A stretch of 57,423 nt of DNA, taken from positions 1-57,423 of the IMG/VR virus record IMGVR_UViG_3300042561_000852. One strand, 5' to 3'. Below are positions 1 through 11,500 of this stretch, piece by piece. The notes beneath the pieces are model-generated. The model did not search any database. It worked only from the letters and a program-made list of their open reading frames with translations, and was not told the origin of the DNA. This stretch comes from a virus. Its lineage: Duplodnaviria; Caudoviricetes. Numbering within the stretch: the stretch's first letter is position 1; each line of letters begins with the position of its first letter. The position numbers and the translations under genes were made by a program.

Positions 1-122
1 CCGAAATCACTGGTTCACCGAGGTTTTCTCGGCTGTCGCGCCCAACACCACTCTTGGCGCAATGATTGCCCTGTCTCCGAGCTTCGCGCTGCAGCAGCCG
101 CACCGGACCACGAATCAGCACG
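1..122. repeat. Terminal direct repeat (circular-assembly overlap), identical to 57285-57406
   Basis: Exact 122-bp match read from both ends; implies a 57,284-bp circle. Confidence 0.97.
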
Positions 123-2182
123 TCGCGTTCGTGGGGGCTGCCGAGGGCGTCATCTTCATTCACGACTTGGACGCCGACGGCAATGGCGTGCAGGACAACA
201 ACACGGATGCCCCGGGCGGAACAGCGCTGCAGCAGGCGCTGGCGCCACAGACGCGCTACTACTGGCTGCGCTTCGTCTCGCGCGCCGGCGTCACTGGCCC
301 GTTTGCTCCGTCCGGCACCGGTGCGAGCGGTCGCCCCATGCTCGACCCTGGCCGCGTGCTGGACGCGATGACGGCCAACATCACGAGCAGCACGATCTAC
401 AACAACCTGCGGCGCTTGCTTGGCGGCGGATCGACAGATGCGCAACTGAACCGCATCGACGCATCGGGCGGGCTGGCCAAACTGACGACCGAGACGCTGG
501 ATCAAACCTGGTCGGTGCGCATGCAGAGCACTGGCGGCGGCGTGATCAACTCTGCCGGCTTCGGGCTGGGCCTGACCACGGATCGCGAAACTGGCAGCGC
601 GATCAGCACCTTCATCGTCAACGCCAACCAGTTCGCGATCATGGGACCGACCACGCCTGCAGTGCAGGTCGGGAGCCTGTCTGTGTTCGGCGGAACTGCA
701 ACTCTGACCTATCAGAACGCAGTCACGGGCGCGCCTTTGAGTATTGGGGGCGCAATCCTCACTGCCTTTCAGGACCTTCAGACCGACGGAAAGCCCGTGG
801 TGTTTCTCGCCAGCGAGGATATTGATGCGCCCGCGCAGATCCAAGCGCTCGCCGGCAACGCCTACACGATCGTGTCCGTGGGCAGCTCAAGCATGACCCT
901 GTCCGGCAGCTTCGGCGGCAATGTGAGCGCTGCGGACGCGCGCGCCTGGAATCTGGCCGTTGCTGGCGATGCCTCGATTCCCTTCATCGTCGACACCGTA
1001 AACAACGTGGTCGGCATCCGCGGCAGCCTGATCGTCAACGGACTGATCTCTGCTGACGAGGCCGAATTCAGCAATCTGACGGTCACCACTGGCTTCATCC
1101 AGCACCTGAGCAGCGAAATCATGCGCGCCGATTTGGTCGTCGCGAACCGGCTGATCGCGGGCGTGAGCGAGGCATCCAGTTCAGGCTGGCGCGCGGAAAT
1201 GAACAAGCCCGGCAACCCTGGCGATCAGGCGAACTGGCGGCCGTTCCGGTATTGGGACCCCGGCAGCGGACAAGTCGGCTTCGAAGTCGACGGCCTTGGC
1301 AACGCGACCATCGGCCGAAACCTCGGCGTCGGCGCGAATGCGGTCATCCGCACCACTGGCACCGTCCTGACTTCGATCGGCGGCAACGGATCGGATGGCG
1401 ACTATGCGCTGTGGGTAGGCCCGACTTCCGTGTACGGAACGCAGGGCAACAGCCGCAGCGAGGCCAACGGGCTTTTCTGGATCAAGAGCAACGGCCGCGC
1501 AGGCTTCAACACCGCGCTGTTCAGCGGAGAAAACCCGCTTGAGCCGCCCAGCAGCGACGGCTTCATCACTGTGCAGGCCCAGCGCGGCGGCGGCCCCGGG
1601 CGCGTGTTCTGTACGGCTCTGGTCAGCATTGCGCCGGACGGCAACGGCAGCTTCGACAACACCGTGCTTGGTGTGGATCTGTACCTGGTGGATGCGTCTT
1701 TCTCCGGCCCTGGCGCTCGGACTGGTTCTCTGCGCTCAAGCCTCGCGCCATCCACAGGCATGGCCACGTACCTCGACACGCACGTCGGCATGTATACGAC
1801 ACGCGGGTCGCAGCCATCTGTTTCCGGCGCCTTACTGGCAAGCACTCAGTACGACTGGCGTGGATCTGCGGACGTCAAGAACGTGTCGATCATGGGCAGC
1901 GCGGTGGTGGCCGCTGGAAACTACAAGGTCTTCGTCGCGATCTGGCGAAAGAACAACGACAGCGACACCCTTCACGCGGCGTGGCGGGCCGACTGCTTCG
2001 CCATGCACACGTCGACCGGAAGCGCGCCATCGACGCCGCTCGACACTCCGAAGTCCTCGGGCAGCACTGCCGCATGGACGTCGCCACCGCCCGGCGGTGG
2101 TGGATCTGCGGGCTACGACGACACGGGCGGCGGTGGCGGTGGCCTGTATGACGCAACGTATCCGCCCGAACTGATCCCGTAG
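62..2182 (+). CDS. C-terminal part of the tail tip/host-specificity protein; true start at 56914 across the circular junction (about 850 aa)
   Basis: In frame with ATG 56914 via the overlap (432 nt, no stops); FN3-like RYYWLRFVS and DUF1983-like STFIVNANQFAI...PFIVD motifs. Confidence 0.8.
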   Translation: MIALSPSFALQQPHRTTNQHVAFVGAAEGVIFIHDLDADGNGVQDNNTDAPGGTALQQALAPQTRYYWLRFVSRAGVTGPFAPSGTGASGRPMLDPGRVLDAMTANITSSTIYNNLRRLLGGGSTDAQLNRIDASGGLAKLTTETLDQTWSVRMQSTGGGVINSAGFGLGLTTDRETGSAISTFIVNANQFAIMGPTTPAVQVGSLSVFGGTATLTYQNAVTGAPLSIGGAILTAFQDLQTDGKPVVFLASEDIDAPAQIQALAGNAYTIVSVGSSSMTLSGSFGGNVSAADARAWNLAVAGDASIPFIVDTVNNVVGIRGSLIVNGLISADEAEFSNLTVTTGFIQHLSSEIMRADLVVANRLIAGVSEASSSGWRAEMNKPGNPGDQANWRPFRYWDPGSGQVGFEVDGLGNATIGRNLGVGANAVIRTTGTVLTSIGGNGSDGDYALWVGPTSVYGTQGNSRSEANGLFWIKSNGRAGFNTALFSGENPLEPPSSDGFITVQAQRGGGPGRVFCTALVSIAPDGNGSFDNTVLGVDLYLVDASFSGPGARTGSLRSSLAPSTGMATYLDTHVGMYTTRGSQPSVSGALLASTQYDWRGSADVKNVSIMGSAVVAAGNYKVFVAIWRKNNDSDTLHAAWRADCFAMHTSTGSAPSTPLDTPKSSGSTAAWTSPPPGGGGSAGYDDTGGGGGGLYDATYPPELIP

Positions 2183-2187
2183 CCGGC

Positions 2188-2202
2188 CTGCAATTAAGTG
2201 CC
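2188..2202 (+). promoter_or_regulatory. Putative late promoter/activator motif CTGCAATTAAGTGCC, copy 1
   Basis: Identical 15-mer at 39113; 14/15 match at 47005; AT-rich, intergenic, precedes ejection genes. Confidence 0.7.
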
Positions 2203-2250
2203 AAGCCATGCGGCGCCCCGATCATCGGAGTGTCCCCATGGAGCCCGCGC

Positions 2251-3297
2251 ATGCAGTCCAACGCCCCGCTGATCGTCGACGACTTCCTGAGCCCCGCAGA
2301 GCTTGAGCACGAGCGTGCCGCCGCGATGGCCAGCGAGTTCGATGATTGGCCCGGCCCGGACGGGCAGGTCTACAAGCGAATCTGCCGCGTCCAGCTGGAC
2401 GAAGTGCAGCGCAAGATCGAGTCGATCATGGGTCCAGTCGACATGCACGGCATGGCCTACCGCCTCAACTTCGGCGGCGAGCTGCCGAACGCGGCGATTC
2501 ACTCGGATCTCGGCTGGGGCACGCACGCGATGGTGCTGTATCTGCAGGGTGACCAGACCGGGACCGCGTTCTGGCGTCACCGCGAGACGGGCGCGACGCA
2601 GATCCGCGAGGGCGATCAGGAGCTGCTGCAGAAGGTCGAGGGCGATTGGGACAACCCCGAAGCCTGGGAACAGGTCGCGCACGTCAATGCGCGGCCCGGT
2701 CGGGCGATCTTCTACTCGTCCGCCACCTTCCACAGCCGATGGCCGTTCGCAGCTGCAGGCACGGGCCCGGGCGACGGCCGCTTGATCGTCGTCGCGTTTT
2801 TCACCCCGCACCCTCTGCGCAAGGCGGTCGTGCGGCTGGCCGCTCAGTGCGACAAGCCCGAGATCCTGCGAATGGGTCGGGCGTTCTACGAGAGCACTTC
2901 CTACGCTGACTTCACCGGCTGGTGCGAGGAATCCTGCAATGCCCTGGCTGACGAGCTGCTGGAGCGAGGACTGTTGGTGGTCGCGCGGCACGGCGACCGC
3001 ACCGTCGGTATGGTCGGCATGTACCTGGCGCCGTTCTTGTTCTCGCGCGGGCACCAAGCCGCGCATGAAGTTTTCTGGTGGGTCGACGAAGATTGGCGGG
3101 GGATGGATGTCGGCGCCCGACTACTCGCACACATGGAGCAGGAGGCAGCCGCACGAGGCGTGCGACTGATCCAGATGCTCACGCTTCACAACAGCCCGCC
3201 GCATGCTGCCGCCGCCTACCGGCGCGCTGGATACCAGCACAGCGAGACGTGCTTCACCAAGGTACTCGGGCACATGGACGTGCCCGATCAGGGATAG
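2251..3297 (+). CDS. 2OG-Fe(II) oxygenase (DUF6445-like) fused to a GNAT acetyltransferase
   Basis: IVDDFL, HxD (IHSD), VLYL, GTAFW, distal H (FHS) and R; C-terminal WWVDEDWRGMDVG...YRRAGY GNAT motifs; GGAG SD. Confidence 0.8.
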   Translation: MQSNAPLIVDDFLSPAELEHERAAAMASEFDDWPGPDGQVYKRICRVQLDEVQRKIESIMGPVDMHGMAYRLNFGGELPNAAIHSDLGWGTHAMVLYLQGDQTGTAFWRHRETGATQIREGDQELLQKVEGDWDNPEAWEQVAHVNARPGRAIFYSSATFHSRWPFAAAGTGPGDGRLIVVAFFTPHPLRKAVVRLAAQCDKPEILRMGRAFYESTSYADFTGWCEESCNALADELLERGLLVVARHGDRTVGMVGMYLAPFLFSRGHQAAHEVFWWVDEDWRGMDVGARLLAHMEQEAAARGVRLIQMLTLHNSPPHAAAAYRRAGYQHSETCFTKVLGHMDVPDQG

Positions 3298-3308
3298 GAG
3301 ATCCCGCA

Positions 3309-4079
3309 ATGGCAGTCGTAACCGGAACGGTGGTCGCAGCGGCCGGCGTTGCCGCCAGCGCGTACAGCGCGAACCGAGCTCGCGGACAAGCCCGCGACCA
3401 GCAGCGCGCAGGCGAGCGCGCACAGCAGGAACAGGTCGCGGCAATGCGCGAAATGCAGGGCGAAGCCCGGCAGCGCTATGACGAATGGCGATCGACCTTC
3501 ATGCCTGCCGTCGAGCAGATGGGCCAGCTTGCGATGCGCGAGGCCCGTCCCGACTACGAGCAGATCGATGCCGATGTCGGCATGTCGTTCGACATGGCTC
3601 AGGGCCAGAACCGCCGGCAGCTTGAGCGATTCGGCGTCAATCCCGCTGACGGCGCGTCGCAGGCCTCGGAGCGCGATTACTCCGTCGGCCGTGCGCTGGC
3701 CACCGTCAATGGCCGCAATCAGGCGCGCAACGTCGCGCAGGATCAGCAGTGGCAGCGTCTTGAGGGCTTCGCCGGCTTGGGCGAGGGCATGCGCTCCAGC
3801 GCCGACAGCATGATGTCGGCAGCCTACGGCGGCATCGCCAGCGCGTTCGGTGGGCAGGCCGGGCAGAACTTCGGCATGGCGCAGCAGAGTCAGGAGCGAT
3901 CGGATGCGGCCTGGGCGGACGCAGCTTCTGGCGCTGGCTACATCGCCGGGAACCTGGGCGCCGGTCGCGGACAGCGCACGCCGATGGCGACGTCCCCGAT
4001 GCAGCGCACGCCCGTCAGCTTCAACCAGCCGAACATCCCGAACACGGGGACCGGCCCCATCTACCGCACCGGAGGCTGA
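3309..4079 (+). CDS. Internal virion/DNA ejection protein
   Basis: Gly/Ala-rich hydrophobic N-terminus, Gln-rich coiled coil, GGAG SD, position after the GNAT gene. Confidence 0.7.
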   Translation: MAVVTGTVVAAAGVAASAYSANRARGQARDQQRAGERAQQEQVAAMREMQGEARQRYDEWRSTFMPAVEQMGQLAMREARPDYEQIDADVGMSFDMAQGQNRRQLERFGVNPADGASQASERDYSVGRALATVNGRNQARNVAQDQQWQRLEGFAGLGEGMRSSADSMMSAAYGGIASAFGGQAGQNFGMAQQSQERSDAAWADAASGAGYIAGNLGAGRGQRTPMATSPMQRTPVSFNQPNIPNTGTGPIYRTGG

Positions 4080-4083
4080 CCCC

Positions 4084-5523
4084 ATGGCCGGCATCTTTCA
4101 AAGCATGCTCTACGGCATGAATCAGGCTCGCTCAGAGCAGCGCCAGCGCCGCGAGGACGAGTATGTCGAGGGCGAACGCGCGTATCAGCAGGAGCGCCGC
4201 GGCGTCACCGACCAGCGCGAGGACACCAGTTGGCAGGACAGCCGCGAAGATCGTCAATACGAGGTCGGCGTGCAGCGCCCGCTGCAGACCGAATCCGCGA
4301 AGATGGGCGTGCAGTCGCAGCGCTTCGCCGTGGGCCGCCAGCCGGTCGAAGCGCAGCAGTCCGATGCGAAGTTCCAGCAGGGCATGGTCGCGGGCAATCT
4401 GGCGAACCAGGCCGCGAGCTTTCAGGTCGCGCGCCAGCCGATCGAGGCTCGCCAGCAGGACGCGCGTTTCGGCATGGACATGCAGGGCGCACAGCAAGGG
4501 GTGGTCGCGCGCCAGCTGCAGATCGGCAGCGCCCAGCGTGCGGCGCAGATCGAGGAAGCACAGCAGCCCGACAAGCTCGACGAGATCCGGCTGGAGCGCG
4601 AGCGCCGCGGCGCCATGGACGCGCTGGCGAAGGCTGGACAGCAGTTCGTGCTCACCGGCATGCAGGGTGACAAGCAGAAGGCTGCTCAGCTGATCAATCA
4701 GACCTGGGCCCAGGCCACGGACGACCCCGACGGCGATGCCGGCGTGCGCGTCAACGAGCAGGGCCAGTATTACCTCGAAGGCCCTGACGGCAGGCCTGTG
4801 CTGATGCTGGGCGACGAGGACCAGGTGATGCAGTACGCATTCCAGTTCCTCAGTGATCCGACGACCTTCGCGCAGAGCCGGCAGGCGACCTATGCGGCGC
4901 GCGCGAATGCGCAGGCCAAGGAGGCCGAGGCGCGCGCGACCAACCCGCAGCGCTTCGTCGAGACGATGCAGCAACCGGATGGCACGGTGGCAATGGTCGA
5001 CCGCGTCACCGGCACGGCGCGCTCCGTCACCGATGCCGAAACCGGCAAGCCAGTGCGCGGCGCAGTCGACGGCCGCGCCGGACAGATGCCGGCGCGACTG
5101 CAGGAAGTCGAGGCCGTCGTGGCTCGCATGCGTCCGACGGAAGGCGAGAGCGATGACGACCGCTGGATGCGCGCGTATTCGATGGTCACCAGCCGCGCCG
5201 GGCTCGACCCGGATCAGGCTGCGGCCGACTTCTACGAGACGGTGATGCGCGGGCTGCTGAAGCCCGACCTGACCGGCCGCATCACGCCCGAGGCGGCCCA
5301 GAACGCCCAACAGCAGGCCGCGCAGCTGACCGACGACTTCCGCGCGCGATTCCTGTCTGGCCAGAAGTCGGCCAGCGGCCTGAGCGGCGGCCAAGCTCCG
5401 GCTTCACCAGCGAGCGCGCCTGCGGCGCAGACCCAAGAGAAGCCGGTCCGCACCGGCACCGATCCGGCCACCGGCCGCCGTGTCGGCGAGTTCCCTGACG
5501 GAAGCATCCGCTTCATCGACTGA
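4084..5523 (+). CDS. Internal virion/DNA ejection protein
   Basis: Gln/Ala-rich helical protein in the ejection gene cluster; typical codon bias. Confidence 0.7.
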   Translation: MAGIFQSMLYGMNQARSEQRQRREDEYVEGERAYQQERRGVTDQREDTSWQDSREDRQYEVGVQRPLQTESAKMGVQSQRFAVGRQPVEAQQSDAKFQQGMVAGNLANQAASFQVARQPIEARQQDARFGMDMQGAQQGVVARQLQIGSAQRAAQIEEAQQPDKLDEIRLERERRGAMDALAKAGQQFVLTGMQGDKQKAAQLINQTWAQATDDPDGDAGVRVNEQGQYYLEGPDGRPVLMLGDEDQVMQYAFQFLSDPTTFAQSRQATYAARANAQAKEAEARATNPQRFVETMQQPDGTVAMVDRVTGTARSVTDAETGKPVRGAVDGRAGQMPARLQEVEAVVARMRPTEGESDDDRWMRAYSMVTSRAGLDPDQAAADFYETVMRGLLKPDLTGRITPEAAQNAQQQAAQLTDDFRARFLSGQKSASGLSGGQAPASPASAPAAQTQEKPVRTGTDPATGRRVGEFPDGSIRFID

Positions 5524-5540
5524 TTGCCAAGGAAGGCACC

Positions 5541-8500
5541 GTGACCAATCCGCTGAATCCGGGCTCGATCCAATGGGACACCGATGTAAAGCCGGCCGCG
5601 CCGGCGCCGAGCGCTATCCGCTGGGATGACGATGCTCCAGCCGACCAGAAGACTGGCGCGGGCCCTTCGTGGGACAAGCCGAGCACTTCGGCCGACGTCA
5701 CCCGGACTTGGGGCGAGGCAGCGACCGACACCCTGACCGGCATCGGACAAGCGGGCCTGAGCTCGATTTCCGGCGTGGTTCGCGGAATCAACGATCGAGC
5801 CCCTGGCGCTGCTGAAGCGGAGCGAGAAAGCGGCTTCGTGGCTGGCCTACTCATGGACGTTGGCGGCAAGGTCTACGAGGCCGGGCTTGGCGCCCAGAGA
5901 GCGCTTGGCCAGCTGGCTGGAAACCCGTATGTGATCAACGACGCAAACCGTGGGCTGCAGGAGATCAACGCGCGCCGCGCTGCTTCCGCGCCTGAAGACC
6001 TGAAGCGCGCCAAGGGCGCGGAAGACTTCGCCGGTTTCCTCGACGAGCGCGCAGCCCGCGTGCCGGAAGTGCAATCCGAGAAAGCAAGGCTGATCGCGAG
6101 CGAAATGGGGCAGTTGACGCAGGCCGAAGGCTTGGGTGATCAGGCCTTTGCCACCATTGACTACTTCGCCAGCCCGTTCCTACGCGGCGACCTGTCGACC
6201 GGCGGCGCGCGGGTTTCGAAGATCATGGAAAGCCTGATCCCGTCGCTTGCTGCTGGCGGCATCGCGGCGAAAGCGGTCGGCGCAGCTGGCGCTGGTGCTG
6301 GAATCCAGACTGCGGCCCAGCTCGGTACGATGTCGGTCATGGAAGGCGGCGGCGCGGCCGAAGGCGCCCGCGGCGAGGTGCTGAACACTCCGATCGAATC
6401 CCTGCAGTCAGCGCCCGAGTTCCAGGCGGCGCTGCGCATGACTGGCGGCGACCCGATCCGAGCTCGCGCGCTTCTGGCGGATCAGGCAGCGTCGATCAGC
6501 TTCGGTCTTGGCACTGCTGCTGCTGGCGCAACAATGGGCCTCGGACAAGTCTTCGGCGCCAACGTTGCAGAACAGGCGGTGCGCGAGGGTGTCGGCTCGC
6601 TTGCCACTGGCGCCGGCGTCCGTCAGGCGCTGCTGGGCGTGGCCGGCGCCACCGGAAAGGAGTTCGCCAGCGAGTTCGCCCAAGGCGCGAGCAACCAGGC
6701 CGCGCAGAACGTGGGCGTCACTGCCACCGGCGCGAGCGACAGCCTCGGCCGCGGCGTAGTGGCCGCCGGCATCATGGAAGGCATCGCCGGCGCTGGCAGC
6801 GGCGCAGCTGCGCAGGGTGCGGCCGAAGTCTCGAAGCGCCTCCGGCCGATTTTCGACGGCGAGGATCTTCTGGGCGGATCCAATGTTCAGACGGGCGACC
6901 CTGGCGCAGCGCAGCCCGGCGGCCTGAACCTGCCGGATGACCCTGCGGCGGCGCCGATCACCACGGCCGAAGTCGTCGCCCTGCGCGATCAGCAGCTGTC
7001 CGCCTTGCAGGCCAAGGCCAATGGCCGACCGGATCAGACCGTCGTCGACCCGGTCACCGGCAAGCCGGTCACGGTGCGCGGCGAGCCGCCGCAGCCGCTG
7101 AGCGAGGCCGAGCGGCAAATGCTCGAGTTCTTGCAGAAGTACGCCGACAGTCCGGACAAGCTGGCGCGCTCGCTGGGTCGTCGACTGGATGACTCTGCGG
7201 CCCCGCAGGCTGGCCCCGCTGCTGCGCCAGCACCAGCAGCGGCCCCGAGCGCTGCCGCCCAGCAGCCCCCGGCCGCGCCAGCTCCGCAACCCTCCCAGGC
7301 AGCGCCGCAGCCTGCAGCCGAGCCGGAGCAGCAGCCCGCCCAGGGCGTGCCGACGATGGTCACGCAGCGCATGAAGGCGCAGCTGCGCGAGCGCGGGTTC
7401 ACCGACCAGCAGATTCGCGCGATGACCCCGCAGGCCGCGTGGGACGCGATCAACAGCGGTGCCCAGGCGGCGCCGCAGGCGCAGGCCGCACAGCAGCAGC
7501 CGGCGCCCGCACCCTCTGCGCCTGTCGGCACCGTCGCCGCTGCCCTGCAGCCGCAGACCGCCGATGACCTGTTGCTCGACCGGGCCGCTGCCGAACTGCA
7601 GGGCATGGACGAAACCCCGCCGATCGCCGGGCCCGTCGCGATCGAACCCCAGACCGAGGAAGTCCGCAATGAAGAAGTCCAGCAAGTACCCAATGTCCAA
7701 CCCGCCCCCGCCGAAGTCGCAGGGCAAGGGCTGCAAGGGCAAGAAGAAGTAGCACCGGCGCCAGCCAGCGCCCCGCAGACAGGGGTTGTCGCGGCGGCGC
7801 TGGCGGCCCAATCCGAGCCGGCTGACCCCGATGCTGTCGAGGGTCAGCTTCCGGCCGAAAGCACGTTTGCTGCTGGGCGCGCTGAAGACGTGCCGACCGA
7901 GCGCGCGCCCGAGAGCTTCATCCCGCAAGTGCTGTCCGAAATCGGCTGGCTGGAGAAGGGCGGGCGGATGATCCGCGACCCGAGCACGGCCATTGGCGCG
8001 AGCTCGCAAGCCGAGATTGACCCTGAGCGGGGCGACGTCGTCGGTCGCACGAAGTGGATCGGCAAGCCATCGGCAGACGGAAGGGAGTCGCTTTTCTGGC
8101 GCATGCGCCCCGACCAGAGCTTGAGCGAGTCCGAAGCAACGGCGGCGGTTCAAAAGTGGCGCGAGGGCCGCAAGCTGGGCAAGCGCCAGCAGGCGTTCAT
8201 CGACTACATGCAGAAGGCTGCCCGCGACTATGCGGAGCAGTGGAACACCGAGCGCACGGAGACGCTTCGCGCGATCGTCGAGCTCGAAGCCGAGGGTATC
8301 GTCGAGGAGCGCGACGAGCTGCGCGCTGCTGTGCGCCCTAACCTGAGCCCCGAGGACGAGCGCGAAGCCCTGCAGCTGGATGACCTTCTGCGCCGCGCGG
8401 CCGACGCTGGCGCGACACGCGATCAGCTGTTGGATATTCTGACCAGCCAGCCCGAGCCGCAGCAGGCCCGGACACTCTGGCACTTCATCAAGACCCAGGA

Positions 8501-11500
8501 GCGCGACCGTGGCACTGACCAAGCAGGACCGAGCGAAGCTGCTGGACTTCAGCCTGAAGCAAGCGGCCGAGGGCAAGCCGAGTCTGATCGAGCAGGCGAA
8601 GCAGCGCCACGCGGCGCAGAAGCAGAGCCAGCCGCTGCCCCCGCCGCCGATCCCCGCGCCGAAGGGCTGACGCTCTCCGCGCCGGCCGCGCCGGCAGTCT
8701 CACGGCAGGCCGCGCCGCCCTCGCAGCAGGGCGGCTTGTTCGCGCCCCCGACCCGCGGCGAAGTCCTGGCCGGCGAGCGCAAGCGACGCGACGACGAGCG
8801 CGACGGCAAGAACGCCACCGGCCGCACCGACATGATGGCCGGCGATGGCGAGCTGTTCGCCGGGCCGCGGCCGGAGCAGGCCGATGTTGAGCAGGCGATT
8901 GCTGCCGAGCAAGTCGCCGAGCGCCCGAAGCCCTGGACGGTCAGTTCGTCGGAGTGGATGACTTCAGAGCGAGCCGAGATCGACGCAGCACGCGCTAGCG
9001 AAGACGCTGAAATCCCGAGGTTGCGTGCTCGTGTCGAATACAACCGCAATCAGCTACGCGGCCGGATGCCCAAAACTGACCGTGCTCGGCTTGAGCAGCT
9101 GGTGGATGATGACGAGTTCCGAATCTTGCAGCTTTCATCAAGGCCGCTCGATCCGGATGGGTTCGACATCACTCCGGCGCGTCATCGCCGCATCGTCGAG
9201 AGCGCCATGCGGCGCGGCGAATCCATCCCGGCAGAAGTGTTTGCGGAGTATCCGGATCTCGCAGCCGAAGCACAGTCGGCTCCTCCCTCGCAGGGGGAAA
9301 AGGTCGAGGCTGCGCCTGACTCCCCTGTTGTTCCGCCTGGTGTGCTGGACGCCCCTGCAAATCAGCTTGTTTCTCGTCTGAACAAACTGGTGGAGAAGCG
9401 CGAGAAGTGGAACCTCGCGCACATGCAGAAATACCGAGACGGAAGCGCAACCAGAGCGCAGACCACCACTCACAGCGCGCGAATCGCAGACCTCAACGAG
9501 CAAATCAAAGAGCTGAGAGACGCGATTGCGGCCGAGAAGTCGGTTTCCCCCTCGCAGGGGGAAAAGGTCAAGGCTGCGCGCCAGCCCCTCGAAAACGCGA
9601 CGGCACCAGACGCCGAACAAGAATCAGACCCGGTCATCACCGAGACCCAGGCCCGCCAAGAAATCGAGTGGATCGACATGGGCACTCAGGGCGGCGTCAA
9701 GTCGCTCCGCTTGCGCTTCCGCGGCATGGCTTACGGCGACCTGGAAAAGTCCGGCAAGGGCCGATGGATCATCGAGGGCAGCGGCGAGTCGTTCGTCGGT
9801 CTGGCCGAAGCCAAGCGCGCTGTTGCGGATACCGCCATCGAGCGGCTGATCGCGGATGGGTATGTCGAGCGCGCGCCTGCGGTCGAGGCTGCGCGCCAGC
9901 CCTCCGCAAACACCATTTTCACCGAAGACGCCGCCGAGAAGGCGCGCGCCCGCCTGCGCGCAAAGCTGGGCCGCCCAAACTCCGGCATCGACCCGGAAAT
10001 GCTGCAGGACGGCATCACCCTGGCCGGCTACCACATTGAGCGCGGCGCGCGGACGTTCGCCGCCTACGCTCGCGCAATGGTCGAGGACATGGGCGACGCT
10101 GTGCGCCCATTCCTCAAGAGCTGGTATCTAGGCGTAAAGTTTGACCCGCGCGCGGCTTCGATCGCGTCGGAAATGGACAGCGCCGCCGCCGTTGAGTCGG
10201 CCGACGCCAATCAGGAGTTCGGCGATGTACCAAGTTCCCCCGGAGACGTGGCAGGAGCTGGCCAGTCAGGGCCGGCTGCGGCATCCGACGTGGCAGAAGC
10301 TGATGCCGCTGCCGGTGGAGAAGCTGCTGCCGGCGCTGGACAGCCTAGTGGACGAGTGGGAGCAGGAGCACCCGGAGCGCGCGGTACGCGCGGCCCTGCT
10401 GGTGGCGCCGCTGCTGGTCGAGCGGGCCGCGATCAGCGCGTTCCTGCGCAGCAGCCCGATGGGCGAGAGCCTGCGGCCAGCGATGCCGGAGCTGCTGACG
10501 GTCGAGGAAGCCGTGGCGATGGCGGATCAGGAGTTCAGGCTGAGCGCGACGGAGCGCGAGGCGCTACGGAAGCTGCTGCGCGAGCACGAGGCGACCGCGA
10601 CAAGCTGACCCAGCAGCGCGCGGCCGAGTCGATCCCGGTCAGGCTGGGCGACATCGAGAACATTCGCGCGACCCTGCCGTATCTTCTGGAGGGCCAGCAG
10701 GACGACGTCGCCAAGGCCGAAGCGCGATTCGCCAAGCCTGACGGCTACGGCATGCTGTTCACCAACGGCACCGGCACCGGCAAGACCTTCACCGGGCTAG
10801 GCATCGTCAAACGCTTCCAGCGGCAGGGCAAAACCAACGTCCTGATCGTCGCGCCGTCCGACAAGATCATGTCGGATTGGGTCAAGAGCGGCATTCCGCT
10901 GGGCCTGGACATCACGCAGCTGGCCAGCACGTCCGACGCCGGCCGCGGCATCGTGGTCACTACCTACGCGAACCTGGGCCAGAACGATGCCCTCGCAAAG
11001 CGTGAGTGGGATCTGATCGTGGCCGACGAGGCCCATTACCTCATGCGCAGCGCCGATGGCGAGAGGACGGCCGCGCTCGATGCCCTGCGCGCGATCACCC
11101 TGCACCCGGATGGCTACATGCAGCGCACCAACATGCTGCATCGCGAGCTGGTGGACCGTGGCCGCGATTTGTCGGATCAGGCGAAGCGTGCCCGCATGTC
11201 GGACGATCAGCGCGATTGGTTCCGCGCGAAGGGCCTGGAGGAACAGGCGTCCGCCGCATTCCGCGAGCTGGACGCGCGCCGCAAGGAAGTGCAGGCCGAC
11301 GTGATGGCGAAGCAGGGCGCCTCGCGCACGCGCGCTGTGTTCCTGTCTGCGACCCCGTTCGCCTATGAGAAGACCGTGGATTGGGCGCAGGGCTATCTGT
11401 TCACCTACCCGGAGTCGCAGGGCGGCGGCTACAACTCGCCGGACTCCTTCGGCGCCTTCATGATGTCCAACTTCGGCTACCGCATGCGCTACGGGAAGCT

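Noticed and set aside
1-122. Terminal repeat as a biological DTR
   Set aside because: Falls in the middle of a gene; its length fits an assembler overlap
7189-7374. Further +1-frame ORF in the giant gene (also 9025-9381, 13567-13836)
   Set aside because: No SD; Arg/Pro/Ser-rich shadow translations of the host frame
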